Below, one piece after another: positions 19,036 through 28,247 of a stretch of DNA of 64,000 nucleotides. The stretch is from an uncultured Methanosarcinales archaeon (lineage in GTDB: Archaea; Nanobdellota; Nanobdellia; Woesearchaeales; CAZKBD01): positions 289 to 64,288 of the forward strand of contig CAZKBD010000001.1 in NCBI GenBank assembly GCA_964550945.1, written 5' to 3'. How positions within the stretch are numbered: position 1 is the first letter of the stretch; each line of letters opens with the position of its first letter. The notes below the pieces were generated by a model that saw nothing but the letters and a program-made list of their open reading frames with translations, did no database searches and was not told the origin of the DNA. The translations under genes were made by a program, and so were the position numbers.

Positions 19036-19778
19036 AGTTCACGCCTTTTAAATGCCATTAAAGCTATTGCGATAAATATTGCTGCAGAGACTATGAGTAT
19101 TGCCAAAGGTGAAAACACCCTGCCAAAACTGTCAGTCAGCAGATAGAATCCATCAACATAATGTTTGTATGGAGACAGCCACCCGATTGTTGTGCTGATA
19201 AAAAACAAAGGCAGCGCATTTGCAATCAAGCCAAGGTAAAGGCTTCTTTGTGGATTTGATGTCAAGCTCGATGTCATCACAGAAAGCGCCACAAAATACA
19301 AAGAATAAATGCTAAGGAAAAGCCATAATAAGAATCCATCAAATAGCACATATTCTCCTGTTTTTTGGAATATGTAAAACACAGCAATAATATAGATCAA
19401 GAAGTTGATTGTTATATTAATCAAAAAGATGCCTAAAAACTTTCCAAGCACTATCGAGTTTCTTTTGGCTGCAACAACCAGATTTCTTATTGTCTCTTTG
19501 TGTATCTCTTTAGAGATGCAATCATAAGACAGCAATAAAGAGAATACTGGCAGTAGAAATATGGACATAAAATAAAACAGCACTAAAGTGTAAGGCACGC
19601 TTTTGCCATAGAAGCCAAATACCTGTATAAGGATCAGCCTGAAGTTCATTGCAAATGAAACACTTTGGCTGATGCCGAATACCAATAGTGCTACATAAAC
19701 AAATAATAAAAAAAGCACTTTTTTGTTTTTCAAAGACTGCTTGATTTCGTCTAGGGCTATTGTTAATGTTTGTCTCAT
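19032..19778 (-). CDS. ABC-2 family permease
   Basis: Six-helix membrane protein directly upstream of the ATPase. The ATG at 19778 overlaps the stop of the upstream gene (ATGA). The ORF track extends to a TTG at 19796. Confidence 0.6.
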   Translation of the reverse strand: MRQTLTIALDEIKQSLKNKKVLFLLFVYVALLVFGISQSVSFAMNFRLILIQVFGFYGKSVPYTLVLFYFMSIFLLPVFSLLLSYDCISKEIHKETIRNLVVAAKRNSIVLGKFLGIFLINITINFLIYIIAVFYIFQKTGEYVLFDGFLLWLFLSIYSLYFVALSVMTSSLTSNPQRSLYLGLIANALPLFFISTTIGWLSPYKHYVDGFYLLTDSFGRVFSPLAILIVSAAIFIAIALMAFKRREL

Positions 19779-20893
19779 TTGGATAATAAGGCGCAAGACT
19801 CCTTTAAATTCTTATTGGTTATAAGTTCGCAGTCTGAATAGTCATTTGTATTTATCGCAACATTCATTATGCACGAATCTTTTCTTACAATATCCGATAT
19901 CTGCATGCACAACCTGTTATTAGCTGAGCTAAGCGCTATCTCATTAAAGCAGTAATCTTTTCCAGCATTTTCTTCAATTTCAGCGCATAATTTTGCGGCT
20001 TTTTGCGGGTCTTTTTCAACTACAGCATTAACCTCCTTCATTCTCTCCTGAAGGTTCATAGATTCATTTTTCCCACAATCTATACATTCCTCTTGCTCGC
20101 AACCAATATCCTCACAGCATGGCTCGATTGCATCATGCTTGCATTCAAAATTCGTTGTCTCATTGCAATAATCAAAAGTGCAGCTGTTGTTGTCATCACA
20201 CTCTGGGCAGGGGTTTTCTTGTTTACATGCAGTGCATGGGCCTCCACAATCAATATCTTCTTCTCCATGGTTTTTTATGCCATCAAGACATGTTTCAGTA
20301 TTTTTGGTGATATCTGTTGTAAAGACAGAAAATTCAAATGATGCTGAGGCTGTTTTTTGCTGGTAATTGGCAGTAGTCTCTAATTTATAAGTTCCAGCCT
20401 TTGCTTCGCTAGGCATTCTTATTTCTGATAGCTTGGAAGCTCGTGTAATAACTCCAATTTCCTCTTCTAATGATGATACTACAGTCCCATTAGTATCTAT
20501 AATTTGGTGTACTAAGTGCACATCAAACTTTTGGTCGTGTCCAATATTAAAAAGATTTATCTTGAATTCAACAGGCTGTCCTGGCTCTACTGAAGTGGTT
20601 ACTGCATTAATTTCCAAGTCAAGAAGGTACTCCTTTTCTCCCTTAGGAGACATATAGATAAAGATAGATGCTATAACTATCGAGATTCCCATAAAGAAAA
20701 AGATCAATACCAAAGCAGAAGATTTTGAGAGGTGTATTGTGTGCCTTGCTTCCTTATGCCTGTATAGGTTTTCTATGGTATCATCCACTTGTTTAAATGA
20801 ATAGCCATATTGTATCAAATGTTCTCTTATAGAATTGATATCAAAGCCCCTGTCTAATTGCTGTTTGATGTATACTGTTAGCTTTTGGGGCAT
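19775..20893 (-). CDS. Single-pass Cys-rich membrane protein, paralog of 10004..11212; first gene of the ABC-2 operon
   Basis: Same architecture: cytoplasmic N-domain, TM, beta-domain, CGGPCTAC Cys module, KDYCF / KDSCI / KESCA repeats. Its stop overlaps the permease start. Confidence 0.65.
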   Translation of the reverse strand: MPQKLTVYIKQQLDRGFDINSIREHLIQYGYSFKQVDDTIENLYRHKEARHTIHLSKSSALVLIFFFMGISIVIASIFIYMSPKGEKEYLLDLEINAVTTSVEPGQPVEFKINLFNIGHDQKFDVHLVHQIIDTNGTVVSSLEEEIGVITRASKLSEIRMPSEAKAGTYKLETTANYQQKTASASFEFSVFTTDITKNTETCLDGIKNHGEEDIDCGGPCTACKQENPCPECDDNNSCTFDYCNETTNFECKHDAIEPCCEDIGCEQEECIDCGKNESMNLQERMKEVNAVVEKDPQKAAKLCAEIEENAGKDYCFNEIALSSANNRLCMQISDIVRKDSCIMNVAINTNDYSDCELITNKNLKESCALLSK

Positions 20894-21212
20894 ATAGTTT
20901 TTATTTTAATCTCAATTATTTAAAGGTTTTGTTTATTTGTATTACAAAAAATAGGCTATATTAAGTATAAATGAGGCATTAATCTAGCAAAATATTATTA
21001 TAATAGCTTAAAAAATACTTAAAAGATACTTAGTTTATACTAATTTTTGTATAAAAAATCTAATTTAATTTTTCTGAGAATTTTTTTAAAAGATTTTTAT
21101 ACCCAAATGATTCATCATTTATCCATTTTATAGCATAAATAATGGCTAAAATTCCATTTTACAGATTTTAACCAAAAGATTTAAATATGAGGAGTTAGAA
21201 AGGATGTAATGA

Positions 21213-21374
21213 ATGAGTGTCCAGATAAGGATAACCGTAAGCAAAGAAATTGATGAGCTTCTTTCTAAAGTAGCTAAAAAGCTTGGAAAAAAGAAGAGTA
21301 TGCTAGCCCGCGAACTGATGGAGCAAAAGATGTATGACCTGGAATTGATACAAAAAGGGCTAAAGGAAATATGA
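21213..21374 (+). CDS. Ribbon-helix-helix (CopG/Arc-like) small DNA-binding protein
   Basis: 53 aa: MSVQIRITVSKEIDELLSKVAKKLGKKKSMLARELMEQ... (beta-strand then two helices). The stop overlaps the ATG of the next gene (ATGA). Not in the ORF track because it is under 60 aa. Confidence 0.5.
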   Translation: MSVQIRITVSKEIDELLSKVAKKLGKKKSMLARELMEQKMYDLELIQKGLKEI

Positions 21375-23488
21375 AAAAAGGCAAAAAAGGCCAGATTACT
21401 GTATTTATAATATTGGGCCTTCTTTTGCTGGCTGCAGTTGTTGTTTATGTCAGCATAAATCAAACAGAAAAGGAGAAAGGATCAGCTGCTATTCCAAAAG
21501 TTGAAAAAGTTCCAATAGAATTCCAGCCAATCCAGAATTATGTCGAGAACTGCCTTAAGCTAACTGCTGAAGAAGGACTGAAGTTAGCGATGGACCACGG
21601 CGGCTATATAGATCCAATAACTTCCGGAATTAATTCAAATCCGACAGAGCCAACAAGCTCAAATGGTGTTTCGCTTCCTGGAGATTTCATAATTCCTTAT
21701 TGGTATTATCTAAAAAGCGATAATAGATGCATCAAAAATTGTGAATTCAGCTCAGAAAGGCCTCCATTAAGAAGAAATGAAGGCCCTAAATCAATAGAAG
21801 CCCAGCTTGATAGTTACATCAAAGTAAAAATCAAAGATTGTACAAGAAATTTTGAAGCATTTAAAGAAGACGCAAATGTTGTCGAGAATGGTGTAATAAG
21901 CATTACATCTAGTGTGTTGGATAGTGATGTATTATTTGTGATGGTATATCCATTGGCTGTCACAAAAGAAGGCGTTACAAAAGAGATGAATAATTTCTAT
22001 GTCAGGATTCCAGTCAGATTAAATGATATCTATGAGCTAGCCACAATAATGACTAATCTTGAGGAGAAATACAGGTTCTTAGAGAGAGATGCTGTCCAGC
22101 TTATTGTTGGATTTTCCGGGCTTGATGAAGACAAGCTGCCTCCAATGAGCGAATCCAGAGTCCAGTTTGGCAATGAAATCACATGGACAAAAAGCAAGGT
22201 TAAAAAAGATGTTGAATCAATGCTCTCGAGCTATATACAGCTTCTAAGGGCGCAAAATACCCTCAATTATCAGGAGTATAATTTTGGCGACCCTTACAAA
22301 GATGCATTATACAATCTGCATATGATAATCCCATTTGACCAGGATTATAATCATCTTGCTGCCAGTTTCAATTATCTCCCTGAAACTCCTATTTATTTTG
22401 ATTTGAATTGTGATGGCGAAACCTGCAAGCCTTTATCTGTTTCTCAAAACTTCATTGCCCTGTTCGGCCTCCAAAGATATGAGTTTGCCTATGATATAAG
22501 CTTCCCAGTGATGGTTGAGATATTTGACCCAGCTGCATTTGATGGTAAAGGTTATTATTTCAGGTATTATCTGGAAGCTAACATAGGGAATAATGAGGTT
22601 ATGCTGCATAATTTCACGCAATTAGAAAGCATAGATATGGCAGCTGGCTCTATGATGTGCGATGCTGACAAGAGAAATTCAGGAGAGATAGCCATAAATG
22701 TCAAAAACAAAAAAGGCCAGAATATTGATGGTGCTGATGTCGCATTTAGCTGCGCTGATGAAAGCTGCATTATAGGAGCAACTTCTAATGGCTTGCTTAA
22801 GGAAAAGCTGCCTGTTTGTATTGGAGGTTTTGTAACTGTCATGAAAGAAGGGTATGTTTCAACATCAAACCTATTAAGCACTGTGTTGGACAAGAAAGAC
22901 AGTGTTGACATTGTTTTAGATCCATTAATGGAAAAGCCATTCAAAGTCAAAAAGAAATTGATTGTTAGGGCAGGCGATAATTGGATATTCACCAATAACG
23001 AAGTTGATATTGGCAGGGATGAGCAAGCTATTGTAAGAATCACAAGAGTAGGCTCTTTAGGCGATGAAGAGCATAATTTTGCTGCTGAATATAATGGAAA
23101 TCAAAGCATCTATGGCGGAGAAGAAAGTTTCTTGACAATTGCGCCTGGAACCTATGATATTAGCATACAGGTCATCAACAATCAGAGATTTGTAATACCT
23201 CCAGAAAAAAGAGAAACCGGCAGCGGATTTTTTGGCATAGGCGATGAAGAATACACTATCCCTAAAGTTGAATTTAATGATTCATGGCCTTCTGGCGGAC
23301 TAAATCTAAGATATGAGTTCAAAGCAGAAGAACTTGACAAGAGCAAGAACATTGTATTTTTCGCTGCAGCTCCTGCATTAGACCTTATACCAGAAGAAGA
23401 CAGGCATGTTGAAGATTTAGAGCAGTTGTCCAAAACTGATGAATATTCAGCTGCATATGCAGAGCATTTAAAGCCAAGGCTGGAGTAA
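21371..23488 (+). CDS. TM-anchored surface protein (705 aa), module A gene 1
   Basis: MKKGKKGQITVFIILGLLLLAAVVV anchor. N-terminal ~250 aa paralogous to the 15510 and 35417 proteins. Confidence 0.65.
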   Translation: MKKGKKGQITVFIILGLLLLAAVVVYVSINQTEKEKGSAAIPKVEKVPIEFQPIQNYVENCLKLTAEEGLKLAMDHGGYIDPITSGINSNPTEPTSSNGVSLPGDFIIPYWYYLKSDNRCIKNCEFSSERPPLRRNEGPKSIEAQLDSYIKVKIKDCTRNFEAFKEDANVVENGVISITSSVLDSDVLFVMVYPLAVTKEGVTKEMNNFYVRIPVRLNDIYELATIMTNLEEKYRFLERDAVQLIVGFSGLDEDKLPPMSESRVQFGNEITWTKSKVKKDVESMLSSYIQLLRAQNTLNYQEYNFGDPYKDALYNLHMIIPFDQDYNHLAASFNYLPETPIYFDLNCDGETCKPLSVSQNFIALFGLQRYEFAYDISFPVMVEIFDPAAFDGKGYYFRYYLEANIGNNEVMLHNFTQLESIDMAAGSMMCDADKRNSGEIAINVKNKKGQNIDGADVAFSCADESCIIGATSNGLLKEKLPVCIGGFVTVMKEGYVSTSNLLSTVLDKKDSVDIVLDPLMEKPFKVKKKLIVRAGDNWIFTNNEVDIGRDEQAIVRITRVGSLGDEEHNFAAEYNGNQSIYGGEESFLTIAPGTYDISIQVINNQRFVIPPEKRETGSGFFGIGDEEYTIPKVEFNDSWPSGGLNLRYEFKAEELDKSKNIVFFAAAPALDLIPEEDRHVEDLEQLSKTDEYSAAYAEHLKPRLE

Positions 23489-23489
23489 G

Positions 23490-26400
23490 ATGAAAAAAAC
23501 ACTAACACTAGCAATGATTTACCTAGTGTTGATGCTTCCTGCCTATGTTTCTAATGTTTATGCGATTGACCGCAATATTAATAGCAGTTTCATTGGTAAT
23601 GATGATATCACAACAGGGAATTTTGGCAAAGTTACATCTATATCTGCTGAAAAAGTTGCTTCTAAAAATGGCCAGATTCTGCTTTTAAGCGCAGTCATTA
23701 ACAATCTAGAAGCTTATGGGCAAGATGGGATTAATGGCTACTTGAAAGCAGATGATCAGCTTACAGTAAAAGTTACAGCAGCTATTGACAGCGAGCCAAT
23801 AAATGAAGGGCAGCTTAAGATTGGGAATGTTAACTTCACAAGCTGTGTCGCTGCAATGGAAGGCTATGACTGCATCTTAGTTGCGCCTGCAACCGGCACA
23901 AGAAGGTTTTCAGGCTCTAATGAGTTTGCAGTTAATCTGTATAATAATCAAAGCAGGATAGTTGCAAGCATTAATGCCAATGTCAGGGTTGATGATAAAA
24001 GCCCTTCAATTAGCTCGTTTGCTGCGTCGCCAAAAATAGGAAATGCTAACAATATACTGCTTAATTACGCTCTGGAAGATTATGATTTTAGTGGCAGCAC
24101 AGCTTATTGCTCTGGCTTGAAGCGCATTGAATTCTATGAGAATGATCTGGCAGGAAATCTGTCTGGCACAACAGAGCTTGACAGCTCATGCACGATAACT
24201 GGCAGCTATAACTATAGCGCTGCAAGCGATGGAGATAAAAAAATATGTGCTATTGTATATGATGGTTTTGAGCAAGTTTCTTCAGTTGCCTGTGATAGTT
24301 TTAAAGTTGATAGTATTGCGCCTGAGATTTCTGATATTGTGATCTCTGACTTAAACAGCAGCATAATAACCCATATTAAAGACAGGACAGATGCCATTGT
24401 GAATGCCACCATTATTGGGGCTGACATAAACCAAAGTTCAGTTAAAGCTGATTTAAGGTCTCTCAACAATGAAAGCGCATATTCTGATAAAGCGCCTGGT
24501 TTATTCATAAACAGCAACAATAGTTTGACTGCCCTCTGGAGAGTTTGGATAAGAGCCAATGCTGATATAACCCCTCAGATAACAGTTAATGCAGTTGACC
24601 TTGCTGGAAATAATATAACCAAGACCTCAACTTTAAACACACTGTATTATGATAATGTTGCTCCTGTTGTTAGCTCGCTAACTACCGATATAGCCTATAA
24701 TGGAAGCTATTATGTTATATCTGGCCTGAATAATTTTTATGCTGATATTGTTGAAGATGGCGCTGGATTAGCTGAAGCGGTATTGGATATTCAAGATAAT
24801 TCTGTGATTGGCAACTGCAGTAATAACAAATGTTACTGGGAAAATATAAGCATAAGCGCTGGAACTGGCAGCATAACAGCAAAAGTCAGGGCTAAAGACA
24901 AGCTGGATAATAGCGCAGCTGAGTTTAGCGCAACACTTTTTGCAGATACGATAAGCCCTGTTCTTATTAGCGTGAATATATCATCAATTAGCGGCGCAAA
25001 TGATACAAGCCCTGGCTTCACAGCAACAGGAGACAAGATTTATGTTGTTGCCAGCTTTAGCGATGCAAACGGCATCTCAAATGCATATGCTGATTTCTCT
25101 AGCTTTGTTTCAGGAGCTGACCATGTTGCTGCAGACAGCTGCAAGGATGTGGGAAGAACAAAGCAATGCACATGGACAACCAGCTCAATTGACATTTCTG
25201 GCCATATCATCAGCGATATTATTTTCAGTCCAGTCGATAACATTGGTAATGTAGCTGGTATAACCCATCCTTTTGAATCCCTTGGCTATGATGAGGATCC
25301 TAATCCTAATTACTGGGCAAGCTCTGTTATTTGCACTCCAATGATGGTTGACAGGCAGGTTTCTGCATTGACTAACAGCAAGGTGTACTGCCATATCGCA
25401 TTAAGAAGCGCAGCTAAAGAGGTTAGAACTGTTGAGCTTGGCCTTTTAGGCTGCCAGGATATGCAGAATAATTCTCTTGCTTATGTTAGCGCTATTAATC
25501 TGTTAAACGCAGGCAATGGCAGTAGAAATCCATACTTGATGGTTGTTTTGAGATCAGATCCAATGCGGATTTCTAATCTGCAGTTTACCTGCTCGTTAGG
25601 CATTTTCTCAAGAACTAATGACTTATTGACAAAATTCCCTGAATTTGAGAATGTTACTGTAAATATTCAATTCTATAATATGCCTTTAGGTGAGATAAGC
25701 GACAATATTAAAGACAAGATAAAAGACGCAAAAGATTTCTCCTTCCTTTTAGGTGATTGGGTCGGAACAATGCAGAATATTCTCGGCTATGGCGAGAAGA
25801 TATGCAAATTGATTAATACTATTATGAAGATATATGGCGCAGTTGGTGCTGTTGCCTGGGCATTGAGTGGTAAGGAAGTTATTCCTATCTTAGGAGAAGC
25901 TGTAACTACGCCAAGGCAAGCAGTACAAACTGCCCAATCTGGTATGGGCGCTTTGAGCAAAGAAGGCTGGCAGAAATATGTTAATCAGTTCTGCAAATTC
26001 TTTTCATGCAGATTATTTTATGATGAGATGTGGGGAATAGGAAATACTCCAATTGGACAGTCATTAGGAAAATGGCAGCATACGGTTCTAAACACAGCAG
26101 ACTGGATTGCAGTTGGCGGATTCTTAAAAGGTGGTGGCGGAGGAAAGAGTAGTAGTGGAGAGAATAGTGCAACTAATCAACCCACAATAGAAAGTATACC
26201 CATTGGTGAGGAAAAGGTAGACATAAAAGTAATTGATCCAGAAAATATTGATATTCCGACAGCAGAAGTTGTTGCAACAATTACCGGTGCTGATGGTGCC
26301 ACACCTCCACCAGAAGAGGCAAGACTACCTCAACCAGAAGAGGCAAGACTAGATCCCTCTGCTGCACCTTCAGGAAGCAGCGGCGTAAGCCATGGTTTGC

Positions 26401-26999
26401 TTGAAAGCATTGGAATTGGTGGCGAGTATGGGGTCCATGCATGGGCAAATTCAAGAACCGGTTATGAAACTGTCATCAAAGATGGCGGTGTGTTAAACCC
26501 AAAAGACAGCATTGTAATTAGCACTCTAACATTATGCATCCCAGGCATTATCTATAATCTAAACAAACTAAGGCAGATACAATGCATGTATATTGATTGC
26601 ATGCAGAATTATGTTCAACAAGGGCTGCCATTAAAAGCATGCGAAGACCAGAAGCATTATGCAACATGCAAATATTGGTGGGGAGAAATATTCCAGCTAT
26701 TGCCGTTTACCGGGCTTTTGAATTTCTTTACAGGAATGATCAAGAATGTCTTGTCAAGCCCGCTAAATATAGTTGACGCTGTTATGGGTTTAGCTTGCAT
26801 GCCTTCTATAAAGGTGCCAAAAGGAGGGGTTTTTGCAAGCGGCTGTTTAGCGAATGATATTGCAGGATTGATATTTGACATCTGGTCTGATTTGGAAGGC
26901 ATGTTCACTAAGGATTATTGGAAATTCAAAGGCGGAGATTATTGCAGCAGGATTGATGATGTCAGCAGTAAAAAAGATTCAAAAGAGAAAGAAAAGTAA
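23490..26999 (+). CDS. Giant secreted protein (1169 aa), module A gene 2: Ig-like array, internal hydrophobic helices, Gly-rich linker, conserved Cys-containing core
   Basis: Signal peptide MKKTLTLAMIYLVLMLPAYVSNVYA. C-terminal block CIPGIIYNLNKLRQIQCMYIDC...ACEDQKHYATCKYWWGEIFQLL is homologous to CISGIYNRLQAIKNILGALQACLIQV...VCKELFSQWVCSLIWKVL in the 2017-aa protein. Confidence 0.65.
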   Translation: MKKTLTLAMIYLVLMLPAYVSNVYAIDRNINSSFIGNDDITTGNFGKVTSISAEKVASKNGQILLLSAVINNLEAYGQDGINGYLKADDQLTVKVTAAIDSEPINEGQLKIGNVNFTSCVAAMEGYDCILVAPATGTRRFSGSNEFAVNLYNNQSRIVASINANVRVDDKSPSISSFAASPKIGNANNILLNYALEDYDFSGSTAYCSGLKRIEFYENDLAGNLSGTTELDSSCTITGSYNYSAASDGDKKICAIVYDGFEQVSSVACDSFKVDSIAPEISDIVISDLNSSIITHIKDRTDAIVNATIIGADINQSSVKADLRSLNNESAYSDKAPGLFINSNNSLTALWRVWIRANADITPQITVNAVDLAGNNITKTSTLNTLYYDNVAPVVSSLTTDIAYNGSYYVISGLNNFYADIVEDGAGLAEAVLDIQDNSVIGNCSNNKCYWENISISAGTGSITAKVRAKDKLDNSAAEFSATLFADTISPVLISVNISSISGANDTSPGFTATGDKIYVVASFSDANGISNAYADFSSFVSGADHVAADSCKDVGRTKQCTWTTSSIDISGHIISDIIFSPVDNIGNVAGITHPFESLGYDEDPNPNYWASSVICTPMMVDRQVSALTNSKVYCHIALRSAAKEVRTVELGLLGCQDMQNNSLAYVSAINLLNAGNGSRNPYLMVVLRSDPMRISNLQFTCSLGIFSRTNDLLTKFPEFENVTVNIQFYNMPLGEISDNIKDKIKDAKDFSFLLGDWVGTMQNILGYGEKICKLINTIMKIYGAVGAVAWALSGKEVIPILGEAVTTPRQAVQTAQSGMGALSKEGWQKYVNQFCKFFSCRLFYDEMWGIGNTPIGQSLGKWQHTVLNTADWIAVGGFLKGGGGGKSSSGENSATNQPTIESIPIGEEKVDIKVIDPENIDIPTAEVVATITGADGATPPPEEARLPQPEEARLDPSAAPSGSSGVSHGLLESIGIGGEYGVHAWANSRTGYETVIKDGGVLNPKDSIVISTLTLCIPGIIYNLNKLRQIQCMYIDCMQNYVQQGLPLKACEDQKHYATCKYWWGEIFQLLPFTGLLNFFTGMIKNVLSSPLNIVDAVMGLACMPSIKVPKGGVFASGCLANDIAGLIFDIWSDLEGMFTKDYWKFKGGDYCSRIDDVSSKKDSKEKEK

Positions 27000-27146
27000 G
27001 ATGAATAAAAAGCATATTGTTTATAGTTAAAAAATAAGGGTCATAAACACCAAAAATTTAACAGTTAAAATGGAAGGCATATACGAAAAAGGGTTCAAGG
27101 AATTTTTGGAAGAGGGTATATCATCAGAAAAAAGAGAAAAACACAA

Positions 27147-27166
27147 TTGTCCAATATTATGGACAA
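27147..27166. promoter_or_regulatory. Inverted repeat TTGTCCA-N6-TGGACAA, 13 nt upstream of the HTH-MNT gene
   Basis: Perfect 7-bp arms, directly seen. Candidate autoregulatory operator. Confidence 0.35.
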
Positions 27167-27178
27167 TCATCCAAAAAA

Positions 27179-27709
27179 ATGGACAAGATAACTGAATTGT
27201 TTATGGAAGAGCCAGAGAAAGAGTTTCATGCTAGGGAGATCTCTAGGCTGGCTAAATTGTCACCTACCACCTCCTCTAAGTATCTTAACATTCTGCTTAG
27301 AAGAGGGATTGTCACATCCAGGAAGATGACCAATCTTGTGTTATTTAAGGCAGATACTGAAAATTTGAGCTATAAGGCTATGAAAAGGTCATACAATCTT
27401 CAAAGGCTGAATCAATCCGGTCTTATTAATCACCTTGTTGAAGAATATAATGAACCGGAGGCAATAGTGCTATTTGGCTCTTTTGATAAAGGCGAGGACT
27501 CAAAAAGGAGTGACATAGACCTTTTAGTTGTCACTCCACTAAAGAAAACAGTTGATGTTGCTTTGTTTGAAAAAAAACTAAAGAGGACTATCCAGATTTT
27601 TGTACATCCAAAAAAAGAGATTGAATCCATGAAGACTAAAAACAAAAGGTTGCTTAATAATTTAGTTAATGGGTCAGTGATTTATGGCTATTGGGAGGCA
27701 TTTAGATGA
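27179..27709 (+). CDS. wHTH-fused minimal nucleotidyltransferase (MNT)
   Basis: AIVLFGSFDKGEDSKRSDIDLLVV matches the GS-x9-13-DxD nucleotidyltransferase motif. N-terminal HTH. Confidence 0.75.
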   Translation: MDKITELFMEEPEKEFHAREISRLAKLSPTTSSKYLNILLRRGIVTSRKMTNLVLFKADTENLSYKAMKRSYNLQRLNQSGLINHLVEEYNEPEAIVLFGSFDKGEDSKRSDIDLLVVTPLKKTVDVALFEKKLKRTIQIFVHPKKEIESMKTKNKRLLNNLVNGSVIYGYWEAFR

Positions 27710-28113
27710 AATTTGATGATTTCATAACCAAAGGGATGGTAAGAAAGGCTTCAATTGATGAACAGCTAATCAAATCAATAACCGAAACCTCAGAATTAGA
27801 TCTGAGATTCTTAGATGGGCTTAAGATAGATAAGCTATCATCAAGGAAAATATTCACAAATTATTATGATGTCCTTAGAAGTATTTTAGAGGCGTGTGCA
27901 TTAAAAGCAGGATATAAGGTTTACAGCCACGAAGCTTTCACTTTTTTTCTTAAGGATGGTAGGGAAGAGGAACTAGCCAAGAAATTCGATAGGTTCAGGC
28001 ATATTAGAAATAAAATAAACTATTATGGGAAAGACATCTCCCCAGAAGAAGTAGCCCAATATAAAACTGACATAATCAAGCTGATCAATGAAATAAAATC
28101 TAAACTAAAATGA
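27706..28113 (+). CDS. HEPN-domain protein, partner of the MNT
   Basis: All-helical. DRFRHIRNKINYYG matches the HEPN R-x4-6-H-like region. ATGA overlap with the MNT gene. Confidence 0.6.
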   Translation: MKFDDFITKGMVRKASIDEQLIKSITETSELDLRFLDGLKIDKLSSRKIFTNYYDVLRSILEACALKAGYKVYSHEAFTFFLKDGREEELAKKFDRFRHIRNKINYYGKDISPEEVAQYKTDIIKLINEIKSKLK

Positions 28114-28247
28114 AGCAAGCTCAATCACTCAGCTCAGGAATCTTGTTCATGGTTATAGTCATGGCCATCTTCACCTTTGCAATGTTCGAGTCGGGGGATA
28201 AAATCACCGGGAATATGGTTAAAGTTAGCGGGATAGGTAACAAATGA
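28110..28247 (+). CDS. 45-aa TM micro-ORF, leader copy 1 (duplicate of the N-terminus of the 941-aa protein)
   Basis: MKQAQSLSSGILFMVIVMAIFTFAMFESGDKITGNMVKVSGIGNK. ATGA overlaps at both ends. Contains a 71-nt core identical to copy 2. Confidence 0.5.
   Translation: MKQAQSLSSGILFMVIVMAIFTFAMFESGDKITGNMVKVSGIGNK
28122..28192 (+). repeat. 71-nt leader core repeat, copy 1 (identical to 29212..29282; 3 mismatches to 31260..31330)
   Basis: caatcactcagctcaggaatcttgttcatggttatagtcatggccatcttcacctttgcaatgttcgagtc, read directly. Confidence 0.9.
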
